A stretch of 64,000 nt of DNA. It comes from a virus. Under the pieces are notes generated by a model that saw nothing but the letters and a program-made list of their open reading frames with translations, was not told the DNA's origin and did no database searches. The DNA lies in the IMG/VR virus record IMGVR_UViG_3300005077_000565, positions 32,001 through 96,000 of that record. The stretch is one strand, 5' to 3'. The translations under genes were made by a program, and so were the position numbers. Each line of letters begins with the position of its first letter. Positions within the stretch are counted from its first letter, which is position 1. Positions 29,303 through 39,674 of the stretch are shown in pieces.

Positions 29303-30438
29303 GCGAAAAATTCTTTATAACATTCAGGGATGCCGACAACGCATCTAAACCACACGCAAAACTGTTCCTGACCCCCACAGGGCATGCGCTGAGCCAATTC
29401 TGGGCAAAGACACTGAAGGAAAACTTCTTAAATCCCGATAATGTGTCGCAGAGCAAAGGCATCAACAAGATGTTCTGTTTCCAGGGCTGGCAAAAATCCT
29501 GGGACGATACAGCTTATACACGTAACTTGAAGGTACAATGCGACGAATTAAATATCGCCATTGCCGAAGTTAATCGCCATTATGGTCCATATGGGTATCC
29601 GCATATTGATACTGTGGTCACTGAAGAAAGGGTTCGCGGCCCAGAGTTCCGTGATATTATGAACGACCTGCACCATCACTTTGAATTATTAATCGGACAG
29701 GTCGGCAAAACCAGTGATTGGTACAATAAACCCGGGACTGATCTTAGTCGCTACTATGTAACACAATTAAATTTCTTAGTACACGAAATTGAAGCAACAG
29801 TCAAGTACCTTCGCGATGGGCTAGGTGGAAAGTGTGTGTACGTTAACTTTAATGGACCAAGACCCACAGGTAGCTATGAGCCCAAGGGTAAAATGTACCC
29901 ACTGGAGGACGAGCACTACGAGTGTTTCGTTGATCAATATCCCCAATGGGGCATGCTGACAGCCTACTATAGCCAGCTGGGTAAACAACATATTGAAGTT
30001 TTTAATGATAATGACGACTGTATACATGATGAAAACATCAGTGGAATTCAGTGGATGGTGGGTGAGAGTATTCTGTGTCTCGTAGACAACGATCCAAACT
30101 CACCCCCGGCTAATCGCATTCGTGGAGACTACTTAAATTGGTTATTGGCCAATGGATTCGACCCCATGGATAAAAGACTGGCTCTGGGTATTGGTGTATT
30201 GGCTAAAGTAGATGTCAATGATAATCAACATCTTGGATCGGATTGGCGTGAAATTGACGCCAAGTTGTCGGAATATGACGATATCTATGAAATTGGTTTC
30301 TGTGATGAACAATTAAACACCACAGTTAGCCAGGTCTATGAGTATACCTGGAAATCACGTCAACAAGAAGTAGTAGCTGCCATGGAAGAACTGGCTGGCT
30401 GGCAGAGCAACAACAAGACGGTTGCCGTCAACGAATAA
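29299..30438 (+). CDS. Hypothetical protein, paralog of 27599
   Basis: NDLHHHFE..LNFLVHEIE..YSQLGKQH..FNDND; AAGG RBS; ATGA overlap. Confidence 0.6.
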   Translation: MSEKFFITFRDADNASKPHAKLFLTPTGHALSQFWAKTLKENFLNPDNVSQSKGINKMFCFQGWQKSWDDTAYTRNLKVQCDELNIAIAEVNRHYGPYGYPHIDTVVTEERVRGPEFRDIMNDLHHHFELLIGQVGKTSDWYNKPGTDLSRYYVTQLNFLVHEIEATVKYLRDGLGGKCVYVNFNGPRPTGSYEPKGKMYPLEDEHYECFVDQYPQWGMLTAYYSQLGKQHIEVFNDNDDCIHDENISGIQWMVGESILCLVDNDPNSPPANRIRGDYLNWLLANGFDPMDKRLALGIGVLAKVDVNDNQHLGSDWREIDAKLSEYDDIYEIGFCDEQLNTTVSQVYEYTWKSRQQEVVAAMEELAGWQSNNKTVAVNE

Positions 30439-30468
30439 TTAATCGTAAATAAAGGGATCTTGTTTTTT

Positions 30469-30502
30469 AAGCTGCTCGATTTTTTGTCTGAGCAGCTTTT
30501 TT
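30469..30502 (+). terminator. Rho-independent terminator
   Basis: AAGCTGCTC-12 nt-GAGCAGCTT stem followed by a T-run. Confidence 0.7.
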
Positions 30503-30566
30503 CTACGTCGTTCGCGCAGCGGCTGTAGTATCAGATCTATTATTTTTTTAAGTAAGTTTTTCATGA

Positions 30567-30580
30567 TATAAATATTTATA
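30567..30580 (+). promoter_or_regulatory. Late promoter TATAAATA within the palindrome TATAAATATTTATA
   Basis: Perfect box at 30567-30574, 5 nt before ATG 30580. Confidence 0.6.
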
Positions 30581-31293
30581 TGACTAGTTTATACAATTTT
30601 GGTTCCAGCCACAGCATTGGCTGGAACTGTAGTACCAGTTACAGTAAAATTCTAGCACAGCAATATTCAGCTGACTGGATAGATCATGGTCACGCTGGCT
30701 GCAGCCCGGAGCATTTATTGATGTTAATGCAATTGCACGACTATAGAATAAAGCAAGAAGATATTGTGCTGATCCAACTAAGTCCCACACCACACACTAG
30801 TATACACATTGACCCGCGAAGTGATATTGTCGGGCATGAAAATTATCGTTATTATTTCTACAGTTATCGTTCAATGACAGAATTGGATTCGCAACAGGAA
30901 GATGATTTTATATATGCTCTTAAAGCCTATAAGACATTTGTAAACACGCCGGAAGATCAGTGGCTACACTACCTAGTCTATCTAAATTCTGTGATTGCTC
31001 GAATTCGAGAATTGCCCTGCAGAGTATTTGCGTTCTTTGATCAGCCGCTGCCGGATTTGAATCAGGCAGCTGAGCCAGTTGCGCAGCTATACAACAATAT
31101 TATCACCGAAGTCGAGTCGACTTTGAACGCATTAACTCTAGAGGAATTTGCTAAAGCTCTAACATCATGTGATATATATGCCAGAAATTCCGACGGCTCT
31201 CTGGACGCGGCCCACTATAATGAAGATGTGCACGCCCAGTGGGCTAACTATATTGATCAACAAATAAAATTAAAGTATGAAAAGTCTGTATAA
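30580..31293 (+). CDS. SGNH/GDSL-like hydrolase or acyltransferase
   Basis: FGSSHS near the N-terminus, GCS block, C-terminal DAAH. Confidence 0.6.
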   Translation: MTSLYNFGSSHSIGWNCSTSYSKILAQQYSADWIDHGHAGCSPEHLLMLMQLHDYRIKQEDIVLIQLSPTPHTSIHIDPRSDIVGHENYRYYFYSYRSMTELDSQQEDDFIYALKAYKTFVNTPEDQWLHYLVYLNSVIARIRELPCRVFAFFDQPLPDLNQAAEPVAQLYNNIITEVESTLNALTLEEFAKALTSCDIYARNSDGSLDAAHYNEDVHAQWANYIDQQIKLKYEKSV

Positions 31294-31936
31294 TTTTGGC
31301 GCAAGCCATGCTGCTGGTTACGGTGCCAACACCAGCTACTCGAAAATAATATCAGAACGTCTAGGAACAAAACATGTTGAACTGGCACGTGCCGGCTCCA
31401 GTACCGAACATTTATTAATGACACTGCAATTAAATGCCAGACATATTAGTACTGATGACGCTGTATTAATTCAATTGCAGCCACATTACATGCATACATT
31501 ACACTATGATGCCAGGTATGATGATAGATTGTACCACTACAATGCGATGACATTATTGGATAGAGAACCCGACAGTGATTTTGTCTACGGTTTAAAATTA
31601 TATAAAACATTTGTAAACACGCCCGTAGACCAGTTGTTGCACTATCTAATACATATTAATTCGATATTTGACATCATTGATAAACTTGATTGCAAAAAAT
31701 TTATATTTTTTGATCACATTTTTAGGTTTCCTGAAACTTCCATTCAGATAATACTTCAACTAATCGACATGGTAAAGAGTAGAGATATTGCCGATCGGGA
31801 AATATACACCGACTTTGCACGTGCTCTACCTTTTGATGATAAGTACAGTAAATTATCCGACGGATCCATGGATAATATTCATTTTAACGACCGGGTACAC
31901 ACTGAGTGGGCCCAATATATTTTAACAAAATTATGA
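31277..31936 (+). CDS. SGNH/GDSL-like protein, tandem paralog of 30580
   Basis: FGASHA, GSS, DNIH; shares YKTFVNTP.DQ.LHYL. Confidence 0.6.
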   Translation: MKSLYNFGASHAAGYGANTSYSKIISERLGTKHVELARAGSSTEHLLMTLQLNARHISTDDAVLIQLQPHYMHTLHYDARYDDRLYHYNAMTLLDREPDSDFVYGLKLYKTFVNTPVDQLLHYLIHINSIFDIIDKLDCKKFIFFDHIFRFPETSIQIILQLIDMVKSRDIADREIYTDFARALPFDDKYSKLSDGSMDNIHFNDRVHTEWAQYILTKL

Positions 31937-32484
31937 TCTGGATTTTTGGTGACAGTTTTAGTGCTGACCCACGTGGCTGGCCTGGATTAATACAAAGTAA
32001 AACACTGGGACTACGTGGTAGTTCCGAATATAGAATCTATAGAAATTATCTAGAACAACGCCACAATATTTTGGAAACTGATGTTGTAATATTCTGTCAC
32101 ACGCATCAGAGCAGAGTATTTCTCAAAGATTCAGACCGAACGTTATCAAGTCGACGACTTGAATCACATCCATGGTGTGATCTCTTGTTCAATGATGTGT
32201 TTACTAAAAACGAACGCAAATTTATTAACGTACTTGAACAAATCTGGGACGACGATTATTTTGAGTATATGTATTCAAAAGTAGTTTCAGATTGTCAGTC
32301 AGTAAAAAATAGCATACACATTACATTTTTTTCAGACATGGCTGCGAAATATAATTTTGTTGATTTTGGAGATTTTTTCCGTAGTTATCGTGGTAAAATA
32401 AATCATCTAACCGATCAGGGAAATTTAGAAATCTATAAAGAGTTACAGAAAATAATTCACGGAGATATGTTACATGTATTTTGA
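31933..32484 (+). CDS. SGNH/GDSL-like protein
   Basis: IFGDSFS, GSS, INHLT..GN; ATGA overlap gives start 31933. Confidence 0.6.
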   Translation: MIWIFGDSFSADPRGWPGLIQSKTLGLRGSSEYRIYRNYLEQRHNILETDVVIFCHTHQSRVFLKDSDRTLSSRRLESHPWCDLLFNDVFTKNERKFINVLEQIWDDDYFEYMYSKVVSDCQSVKNSIHITFFSDMAAKYNFVDFGDFFRSYRGKINHLTDQGNLEIYKELQKIIHGDMLHVF

Positions 32485-33064
32485 AAATGAGTTTCAGCTA
32501 GATGATTTCAAGAAAACACGTGGTCAACCAGAACTTCTGGGACTAGACGTTGCTGTTGGCTGTAGCTATACTTACGGGGATGGTGTTGATCCTGATCAGG
32601 CCTGGCCGTCTCTCTTGAATACATTTAACCTAGGTCAAGGTGGATCTAGTAACGATAGCATTATGCGACGTTTAGTGCATTACATTAACAGATTTAATGA
32701 TGTCAAAAATGTATATATATTATGGACACATCGACCAAGACGTGAGTATATTGATACTAATTCAAATGAATTTTGTACTTTTTATCCAAATTTAGCTGAA
32801 TCACCAAGACAGATTGACACAGGTATGAAACTGGCGTTCATGGTATTACAAAATAAAAATTACGATGAATATAACATATTAAAAAATAAATTTATAGTAG
32901 AAAGTATATGTAAAGTACACAATATAAATTTATTTCAGCTAGAAATAATAAACACAGATCCTTTTAAATTTGGTGTTGGTAGCGACGGATCACACCCAGA
33001 CCATCACTGGCATCGTCATGTTGCTGACATGTTTATTAATATGAAACGTGCGCATAATAATTAA
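32474..33064 (+). CDS. SGNH/GDSL-like protein
   Basis: GCSYTYG, NLGQGGSSND, DGSHP; GGAG RBS. Confidence 0.65.
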   Translation: MYFENEFQLDDFKKTRGQPELLGLDVAVGCSYTYGDGVDPDQAWPSLLNTFNLGQGGSSNDSIMRRLVHYINRFNDVKNVYILWTHRPRREYIDTNSNEFCTFYPNLAESPRQIDTGMKLAFMVLQNKNYDEYNILKNKFIVESICKVHNINLFQLEIINTDPFKFGVGSDGSHPDHHWHRHVADMFINMKRAHNN

Positions 33065-33078
33065 TTTTGGAGTTATTG

Positions 33079-33669
33079 ATGTTTTTTAAAGAAAAATTTA
33101 ATGAAAATAATTTATATTACCCTGTTAGATATCCTGATCGACTAGGTAGTGATTTGGCAATCGGTTGCGGGTATACATACGGTGTTGGGGTTGAAGATCA
33201 GCAAGACTGGCCGTCAATATTAGGGTTATATAATCTAGGTCAAGAAGGCGTTAGTAATGATTTCATAGTCAGATTAGCAATTCAATACATAAATCGATTC
33301 CCGAAAATTCAAAATGTATACGTGCTGTGGACCCACTACTCAAGACGAGAATATGTAGATGATTCAAAAAAAATTATACCTTATTTTCCTGAGGCAGTTA
33401 CTGACAGTCATTATAAATCATATGAGTGGCTCAACTCAATGAAAGTAATATCAACTGTTGCAAATGATCGTTATAATTATGAAAAAAATAAAGTTATGAT
33501 GGAATTGGCATGCCGGCGACACAATATACGACTGCATCAGATTTCAGTAGAAGAAACGCAGCACTGGGTCGGTCCAAGATCAAGTAACGAATTTTATCCA
33601 GATTACTCCTGGCATTTGAAAGTAGCAACCATGTTCAAAAATATATCAATTACTGGCGTACAACACTGA
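33079..33669 (+). CDS. SGNH-like paralog of 32474 lacking catalytic Ser/His
   Basis: GCGYTYG instead of GCSYTYG; NEFYP instead of DGSHP; GGAG RBS before ATG 33079. Confidence 0.6.
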   Translation: MFFKEKFNENNLYYPVRYPDRLGSDLAIGCGYTYGVGVEDQQDWPSILGLYNLGQEGVSNDFIVRLAIQYINRFPKIQNVYVLWTHYSRREYVDDSKKIIPYFPEAVTDSHYKSYEWLNSMKVISTVANDRYNYEKNKVMMELACRRHNIRLHQISVEETQHWVGPRSSNEFYPDYSWHLKVATMFKNISITGVQH

Positions 33670-33678
33670 CACTACAGA

Positions 33679-34995
33679 ATGCACAACAACTCAATGATTA
33701 CCCAACATTTCTGCTATGCGGCATTTACGCATGCCATGGTGGACAATAATAATTCATTTAGACTTTGTTGTCTGAATGAAACTCCCATGGGGTCTTTGAA
33801 TCAGTCGACCTTTTCCGAAATCTGGCAATCGGAAAAATACCAAAAAGTCAGACAGTCTATGATAGACGGGAAACCAATCCCTGGCTGTGAAATATGTTAT
33901 CGAACTGAACAACTGGGTAGCGTGTCAGACCGACAGACCTACAATCAGCGTTATAGTGATATATTTCCTGATGTAAATGTTGCGACCGGAAACAGTGAAA
34001 ACTTTCCAGTCAGTTATGATCTAAGATCCAGTAATCTATGTAATTTAAAGTGTCTGATGTGTGGCCCGGGAAGCAGCCACTTAATTTCTCGCGAAATTTT
34101 AGAAAACCAGGATTTGTTTTCGTTAAATGCCGACAATACTGGTACAATTGTTCATGATCGCCTAGCGGCAGAACCAATGCCTTTGAAAATGTCCACTAGT
34201 TGGTTTCAGGGCCTGCAGGAAAGCATCGTGTCCACTAAACCACTTAGTCTTACACTTTTGGGTGGTGAGCCCACCGTGATCCCAGAATATTATAATTTAT
34301 TAAACAAATTAATTGATGCCAATAATACCGCGGGTTATCTGATGTTTGTCACCAATCTAACAAATTTAAATGAAAACTTTAGGCGAATTATAACTGAATT
34401 TGACAGCGTTGATGTTGTGTGCAGTCTGGATGGTTTCGGTAAAACTGTAGAGTATATAAGATACCCTTTAAATTTTGAACAATGGCGAACTAATTTTGAG
34501 CGATTAGTAGAAATAGCCGCTGAAAAAAATAAAATTAAACCCAATAGTCTACGAATTGCAATACATTCTGTAATACAGATATTAAATGTACACCGACTTC
34601 CAGATTTTATAGGGTTTATAAAACAATATGAATCTTATGATTTTGTTAGATTCAGTTTCAATAATGTTATAACTGGCTACGGCCGTGGCCCATTTGATCT
34701 AAAGTATATCGATGCCACTGAGCGTGCCGCCATTGTCTCCAGGGTTCGTGCTGTATTTTCAGAAGAATTAATAAAATCCAGCAGACTTTCCAATATCATA
34801 GATCAACTGGAATTAGACCTGCCGGTGCCATCAGAGCAAGACTGGAATAACTTAACAATATTTTTACTCAAGCGCGATATTGCTCGTGGCATATCAGTTG
34901 CCGATTACGCACCCGACGTATATAAATTAATTGCTGACCGTTATAGCAAATATCATAAAATTATGTTAAAATATAAAAAAGGTATAGATCAATGA
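33679..34995 (+). CDS. Radical SAM protein with N-terminal twitch-like motifs
   Basis: CNLKCLMC, LLGGEP; FCYAAF..LCC..CEICY. Confidence 0.88.
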   Translation: MHNNSMITQHFCYAAFTHAMVDNNNSFRLCCLNETPMGSLNQSTFSEIWQSEKYQKVRQSMIDGKPIPGCEICYRTEQLGSVSDRQTYNQRYSDIFPDVNVATGNSENFPVSYDLRSSNLCNLKCLMCGPGSSHLISREILENQDLFSLNADNTGTIVHDRLAAEPMPLKMSTSWFQGLQESIVSTKPLSLTLLGGEPTVIPEYYNLLNKLIDANNTAGYLMFVTNLTNLNENFRRIITEFDSVDVVCSLDGFGKTVEYIRYPLNFEQWRTNFERLVEIAAEKNKIKPNSLRIAIHSVIQILNVHRLPDFIGFIKQYESYDFVRFSFNNVITGYGRGPFDLKYIDATERAAIVSRVRAVFSEELIKSSRLSNIIDQLELDLPVPSEQDWNNLTIFLLKRDIARGISVADYAPDVYKLIADRYSKYHKIMLKYKKGIDQ

Positions 34996-36479
34996 TTAGA
35001 TGGGGAATAACTGCGAACAGTCATGATGCCAGTGTGGCAGTTCTTGACGGTGACCGAATATTATTTGCAGCGCACAGTGAACGTTCTAGTGGGGCGAAAA
35101 ACGACCCTTTTTTAAATAAAAAAATATTATCTCAGGCACTGGAATTTGGTGAGCCTGAAGAAGTGCACTGGTATGAAACTGACTGGCTAAAACGAACACG
35201 ACAACTGTATGCCGGGCAGTGGTCCAGCGTGATAGATAACATAACCCCTGCAGAAACACTGGATGCTTTTGGTGTCAGCGCACATTTAACCCAGCATCGG
35301 CATCATGCTAGTCATGCTGCGGCCGGCTGGTATACTGCGCCGTTTCAAGAAGGTGCAATACTGGTAATTGACAGTATTGGTGAATGGGAATCACTGACAA
35401 TGTGGACTGGCCAGGGCACCAGTATGGTTAAACGATTTAGTCAGAATTACCCCGACAGTGTCGGCCTCTGGTACAGTGCCATGACACAACGTATTGGTCT
35501 AAAACCCAACGAAGAAGAATATATACTCATGGGCATGGCGGCCGCAGGCGACCCGGAACGATTTGTCACAGATATATTTGAAGACTTCTTTCATCCACTG
35601 ACGCCGGGAAGTCTAAAAATAAAATTAAAATACAACCTCCATCGCGGCTGTAGATGGTGGCGCCCTGAATTAACAGAATTTCAAGATCTTGCAGATATTG
35701 CAGCCGGAACTCAGGCAGTCTATGAAAAAATATTTGAGCATCTAGTTAAAACCACACAGGAATTGACAGGTCAGCGCAATTTAGTATTAATGGGCGGCTG
35801 TGCACTTAATTGTGTTGCCAACGGCCTAGCCTACAAATATTTTGAAAATGTCTGGATCATGCCCAATCCCGGCGACGCTGGCAGCAGTGTGGGGGCAGTG
35901 TTGAACCATATCAAAACCAAAATAGAGTATGTTACCCCCTATCTTGGCTACAGTATTGCTGGAAAGTATCCAGTTAACAGTGCATTAACGGAATTGCTTG
36001 ATACTGGTATTGTGGGCATTGCCAGCGGCGCGGCAGAATTTGGGCCCAGGGCCCTGGGCAATAGAAGTCTCATTGCCGATCCCCGCGGCCAGGAAATGAA
36101 GGATAAAGTTAATGCCATTAAGAAGCGTCAAGCCTTCCGTCCATTTGCACCAGTGATCAAACAGGAAAATCTACACCAACATTTTGAAATGCCTGCAGGA
36201 TGCAACGCCAGCCCCTACATGCAGTTCGTGGGTCGTTGCCGTCGTCCGGACCTGTACCCTGCAATAACTCACTTGGATGGCACTAGCAGGGTCCAGACTG
36301 TCACTGAACAACAACACCCTGATTTATACAGACTACTAACACTCTGGGAAGATCGTACTGGGTGCCCAATACTGCTGAATACCAGTTTAAATATCAAAGG
36401 CGAACCCATGGTTGATGACGAAGCCGACGCCAACCGCTGGGTAGAAAAATATAAAGTCAACGTAGTGACTTCAGATTAA
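34992..36479 (+). CDS. Carbamoyltransferase (NodU/CmcH family)
   Basis: HDASVA, HH.SHAA, MGMAA.G, GGCALNC.AN, GDAGSS.GA, EFGPRALGNRS, RPFAP, LLNTSLN. Confidence 0.93.
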   Translation: MIRWGITANSHDASVAVLDGDRILFAAHSERSSGAKNDPFLNKKILSQALEFGEPEEVHWYETDWLKRTRQLYAGQWSSVIDNITPAETLDAFGVSAHLTQHRHHASHAAAGWYTAPFQEGAILVIDSIGEWESLTMWTGQGTSMVKRFSQNYPDSVGLWYSAMTQRIGLKPNEEEYILMGMAAAGDPERFVTDIFEDFFHPLTPGSLKIKLKYNLHRGCRWWRPELTEFQDLADIAAGTQAVYEKIFEHLVKTTQELTGQRNLVLMGGCALNCVANGLAYKYFENVWIMPNPGDAGSSVGAVLNHIKTKIEYVTPYLGYSIAGKYPVNSALTELLDTGIVGIASGAAEFGPRALGNRSLIADPRGQEMKDKVNAIKKRQAFRPFAPVIKQENLHQHFEMPAGCNASPYMQFVGRCRRPDLYPAITHLDGTSRVQTVTEQQHPDLYRLLTLWEDRTGCPILLNTSLNIKGEPMVDDEADANRWVEKYKVNVVTSD

Positions 36480-37666
36480 TGACAACGAATAAAAAAACTG
36501 CCAATCATGTAACTGCCAGGCCTTTTGTACAGGAAACATCATTCAAGAAGGATGACTACTGGGGTGAAGTCTGGGACCGCACCAAAAACTTTGGTGCCAA
36601 CGAGCGAGTGGCCAGCACCACCGGTAAATATTGTGCTAAACCATTTACCTGGTTTGAAATACAGATCGACGGTCGTGTGTTCATGTGCTGCCCTACCTGG
36701 CTACCTTATCCTGTGGGTAATGTATTTGAAAACACCATTTCTGAAATATGGAACAGCGAACGTGTGATTAAAATCAGAGAGTCTATCTACGATGGATCTT
36801 TTAAGTATTGTAACAAACCGCTGTGTCCTGATATACAGGCTGGGTATCTGAAAGACTTAAATGAAATACCGGCCGCTGATCGTTGGATAGTTGACCAGAC
36901 TGGGTTTCCGAAAAATATAAATTTTAGCACTGACGAGAGCTGCAATTTAAGTTGCCCCAGTTGCCGTACCAGCAAAATTCTGCATAGTTCTGGTCCTGAT
37001 TACGACCATCGTCAATTATTAGACGATAAAATTTGGTCTGAAATAATGGCAAGACCCAAGGACATAGACATTAATATACACATTACTGGCAGCGGTGACC
37101 CTTTTGGTAGTAAAATATTTCGTGAGCGCCTCCTCAGTCTAGACGCCACAGAGCGCCCAAACATGCGCTTCCATTTTAAAACCAATGGTGTAATGCTGAC
37201 GCCAAAAATCTGGGAACAATTACATCGTATACATCGAAACATAAAAAATATACACATTAGTTTTGATGCCGGCACTGAACAAACCTATAACATAACACGT
37301 CGCGGTGGTGATTGGAATACATTAATTGAAAATATGCGAGCTCTGGACCCAATAGCACGCGACAACGGTATACAATTATTCTATGATTATGTAGTTCAGG
37401 CTGCTAATGCAACTGAAATGCTGGATTTTTGTAAACTAATTAATGAAATTAGTCCAAATTATTATCTCCTACATTTTACACGTATCAGTGACTGGGGGAC
37501 CTGGCCCACACAGGAATTCGAGCGTCAGGCAGTCTGGATGGAGTCACATCCCGATCATCAGGCCTGGTTGCAGCATATTGCCAATCCAGAGTTTGATAAA
37601 TATCGCATTAACTGGGCAAATAATGCGCAGTTTAGAAAAATTGCAATAGAAAAATTCCGAGGTTAA
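36479..37666 (+). CDS. Radical SAM protein with N-terminal twitch-like motifs
   Basis: CNLSCPSC, GSGDPF, KTNG; YCAKPF..MCCPTWL. Confidence 0.88.
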   Translation: MTTNKKTANHVTARPFVQETSFKKDDYWGEVWDRTKNFGANERVASTTGKYCAKPFTWFEIQIDGRVFMCCPTWLPYPVGNVFENTISEIWNSERVIKIRESIYDGSFKYCNKPLCPDIQAGYLKDLNEIPAADRWIVDQTGFPKNINFSTDESCNLSCPSCRTSKILHSSGPDYDHRQLLDDKIWSEIMARPKDIDINIHITGSGDPFGSKIFRERLLSLDATERPNMRFHFKTNGVMLTPKIWEQLHRIHRNIKNIHISFDAGTEQTYNITRRGGDWNTLIENMRALDPIARDNGIQLFYDYVVQAANATEMLDFCKLINEISPNYYLLHFTRISDWGTWPTQEFERQAVWMESHPDHQAWLQHIANPEFDKYRINWANNAQFRKIAIEKFRG

Positions 37667-37667
37667 T

Positions 37668-38873
37668 GTGTCCGAGCAAAAACCAAAACAAAAATTAGAC
37701 CACATCACAGCAAAGCCATTTGTTGATGACAATGAAATACTGAACAGCAGATTCTGGGGTAGTGTTCATACTAGAAAACGTAATTTTAACAGTACCGAGC
37801 ATCATATATCTCCGGCTGGTAAGTATTGTGACAAGCCCTTTACCTGGCTGGAGTTTAATGGACACGGTCGAGCCTTTATGTGTTGTCCAACCTGGTTGCC
37901 CTACTCTGTTGGCGACGTTTCCGTGGATAGTATATCATCAATCTGGAACGGCGTACGTGCCAAGATGATAAGGCGTTCAATTTTTGACGGTTCCTACAAA
38001 TACTGTAATGTACCACTGTGTCCGGATATTCAATCTAATATATTACCGGAATTGTCTACTATTGATCAATCGCAACGCTGGACAGTTGACCCCACTGGTT
38101 TCCCTAAACATATTATTTTCAGTACTGATGAAAGTTGTAATCTTTCTTGTCCTAGCTGCAGGATTGGAAAAGTACTGCATGCTGATGGTCCTGAATACGA
38201 AAGGAGAAAACGTCTAGACGACAAAATCTGGGATGAAATACTGGCACAGCCTCTGGATATTGACTTGACTATACATATCACTGGCAGTGGCGATCCTTTT
38301 GGTAGCAAGGTTTTTCGAGAACGTCTACTGGGGCTAGATTTAACTGAGCGTCCAAATATAAAAATAGTTCTTAAGACCAATGGGGTGATGTTAACTCCTA
38401 AAATCTGGGGGCAACTACACCGCATACACCGAAACATAACTGCTATAAACATTAGTTTCGACGCCGCCACTGAAAAAACATACAACCTAATACGTCGCGG
38501 CGGACACTGGCCCACGTTGCTGGAAAATGTCCGGCATCTGGATCCATTGGCTAAAGAACTTGGTATTCGACTTTTCTATGATTACGTAGTACAGTTTAGC
38601 AACTCTGCGGAACTACTGCCCTTCTGTAAACTTATAGCGGAAATAAGTCCCAGCTATCAGCATGTGCAATTTACACGCATCAGTGACTGGGGCACCTGGC
38701 CCAGGCCACAGTTTGAGCACGAAGCTATCTGGATGGCCACTCACCCACATCATGAAAATTGGCTAATGCATATTTCAGATCCCGAGTTCAACAAATACCG
38801 TGTACACTGGTCTAATAATTCTCAATTCAGACGTCAGGCCATTGAAAAATATGGTCCGCGGAGCAACATATGA
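37668..38873 (+). CDS. Radical SAM protein, close tandem paralog of 36479
   Basis: CNLSCPSC, GSGDPFGSK; long identical stretches with 36479; GTG start after GAGG. Confidence 0.88.
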   Translation: MSEQKPKQKLDHITAKPFVDDNEILNSRFWGSVHTRKRNFNSTEHHISPAGKYCDKPFTWLEFNGHGRAFMCCPTWLPYSVGDVSVDSISSIWNGVRAKMIRRSIFDGSYKYCNVPLCPDIQSNILPELSTIDQSQRWTVDPTGFPKHIIFSTDESCNLSCPSCRIGKVLHADGPEYERRKRLDDKIWDEILAQPLDIDLTIHITGSGDPFGSKVFRERLLGLDLTERPNIKIVLKTNGVMLTPKIWGQLHRIHRNITAINISFDAATEKTYNLIRRGGHWPTLLENVRHLDPLAKELGIRLFYDYVVQFSNSAELLPFCKLIAEISPSYQHVQFTRISDWGTWPRPQFEHEAIWMATHPHHENWLMHISDPEFNKYRVHWSNNSQFRRQAIEKYGPRSNI

Positions 38874-39640
38874 AAATTCAGTTACTGTCACTCCCGCGAT
38901 CTGGTAGTACCTATCTTTATGGAGTTCTAAGAAATGCAGTCGCCCCTGCGCAACCAGTGGACATGTTTAACGAACCCTTTAATTTTAATGCTAGGTATCG
39001 TCAAACTATGCCAGACGTCCGTAAAATTGAAATAATACAGCAAAAAATACAGCAATGTAAAAACACCACAGATTTGGTGATAAAAAATCACATAAATCAT
39101 TTTGATAATATTAACCAATATCATCTTAAAGATGAGTTTAACAGTATCAGCTGGGATACTATTGTACTAATACGGCGCGATCTTTTTAAAACTGCTATCA
39201 GCCTATCCACAAGTCGCCTAAATAAAGAATGGATAAAGTATCGAGAAGTACAAACTCCATTTAAAATTGATCCAGAATTTTTTATAGATCAATTACATTA
39301 TGTGGTTAGTATGATTCATGACATAACTCACAATGTGCACAGTTTTAGATATAGTCAGGTGTTGTTTTACGAAGGTCTAACTTTTAATCATGAGTCTGAC
39401 TTTAACCGAATTTCGTTTAATCCGCAATTTGACATTGATCGCAGGCGCGACCTTTTCCCCGATCACCCTATGTTTGTTGAAGAATTACACTGGGTTGACA
39501 AGGCCCCGGATAAGCAATTATTAATTGAAAATTATGGCGAATTGGAATCGTTGGCCAGGCAGACTCTAGCTAAAGTCCGTGATCGAAGATTTGCGATCAG
39601 GGGCACCAAGTTAGTCAATGTAGTTTGTAAAATGAATTGA
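38870..39640 (+). CDS. Sulfotransferase (Stf0/LpsS-like)
   Basis: LSLPRSGSTYL PAPS-binding loop, NEPF, LIRRD..TAISL, FYE. Confidence 0.7.
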   Translation: MKIQLLSLPRSGSTYLYGVLRNAVAPAQPVDMFNEPFNFNARYRQTMPDVRKIEIIQQKIQQCKNTTDLVIKNHINHFDNINQYHLKDEFNSISWDTIVLIRRDLFKTAISLSTSRLNKEWIKYREVQTPFKIDPEFFIDQLHYVVSMIHDITHNVHSFRYSQVLFYEGLTFNHESDFNRISFNPQFDIDRRRDLFPDHPMFVEELHWVDKAPDKQLLIENYGELESLARQTLAKVRDRRFAIRGTKLVNVVCKMN

Positions 39641-39664
39641 CTATACTGACATATATGTTATATT
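39637..39664 (+). promoter_or_regulatory. Putative sigma70-like promoter upstream of cysC
   Basis: TTGACT-16 nt-TATATT with an extended -10 TG. Confidence 0.4.
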
Positions 39665-39674
39665 ATTACTAATT

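Noticed and set aside
30439-30579. tRNA or structured ncRNA in the largest intergenic gap
   Set aside because: No cloverleaf or T-loop seen; explained by a terminator and a promoter box
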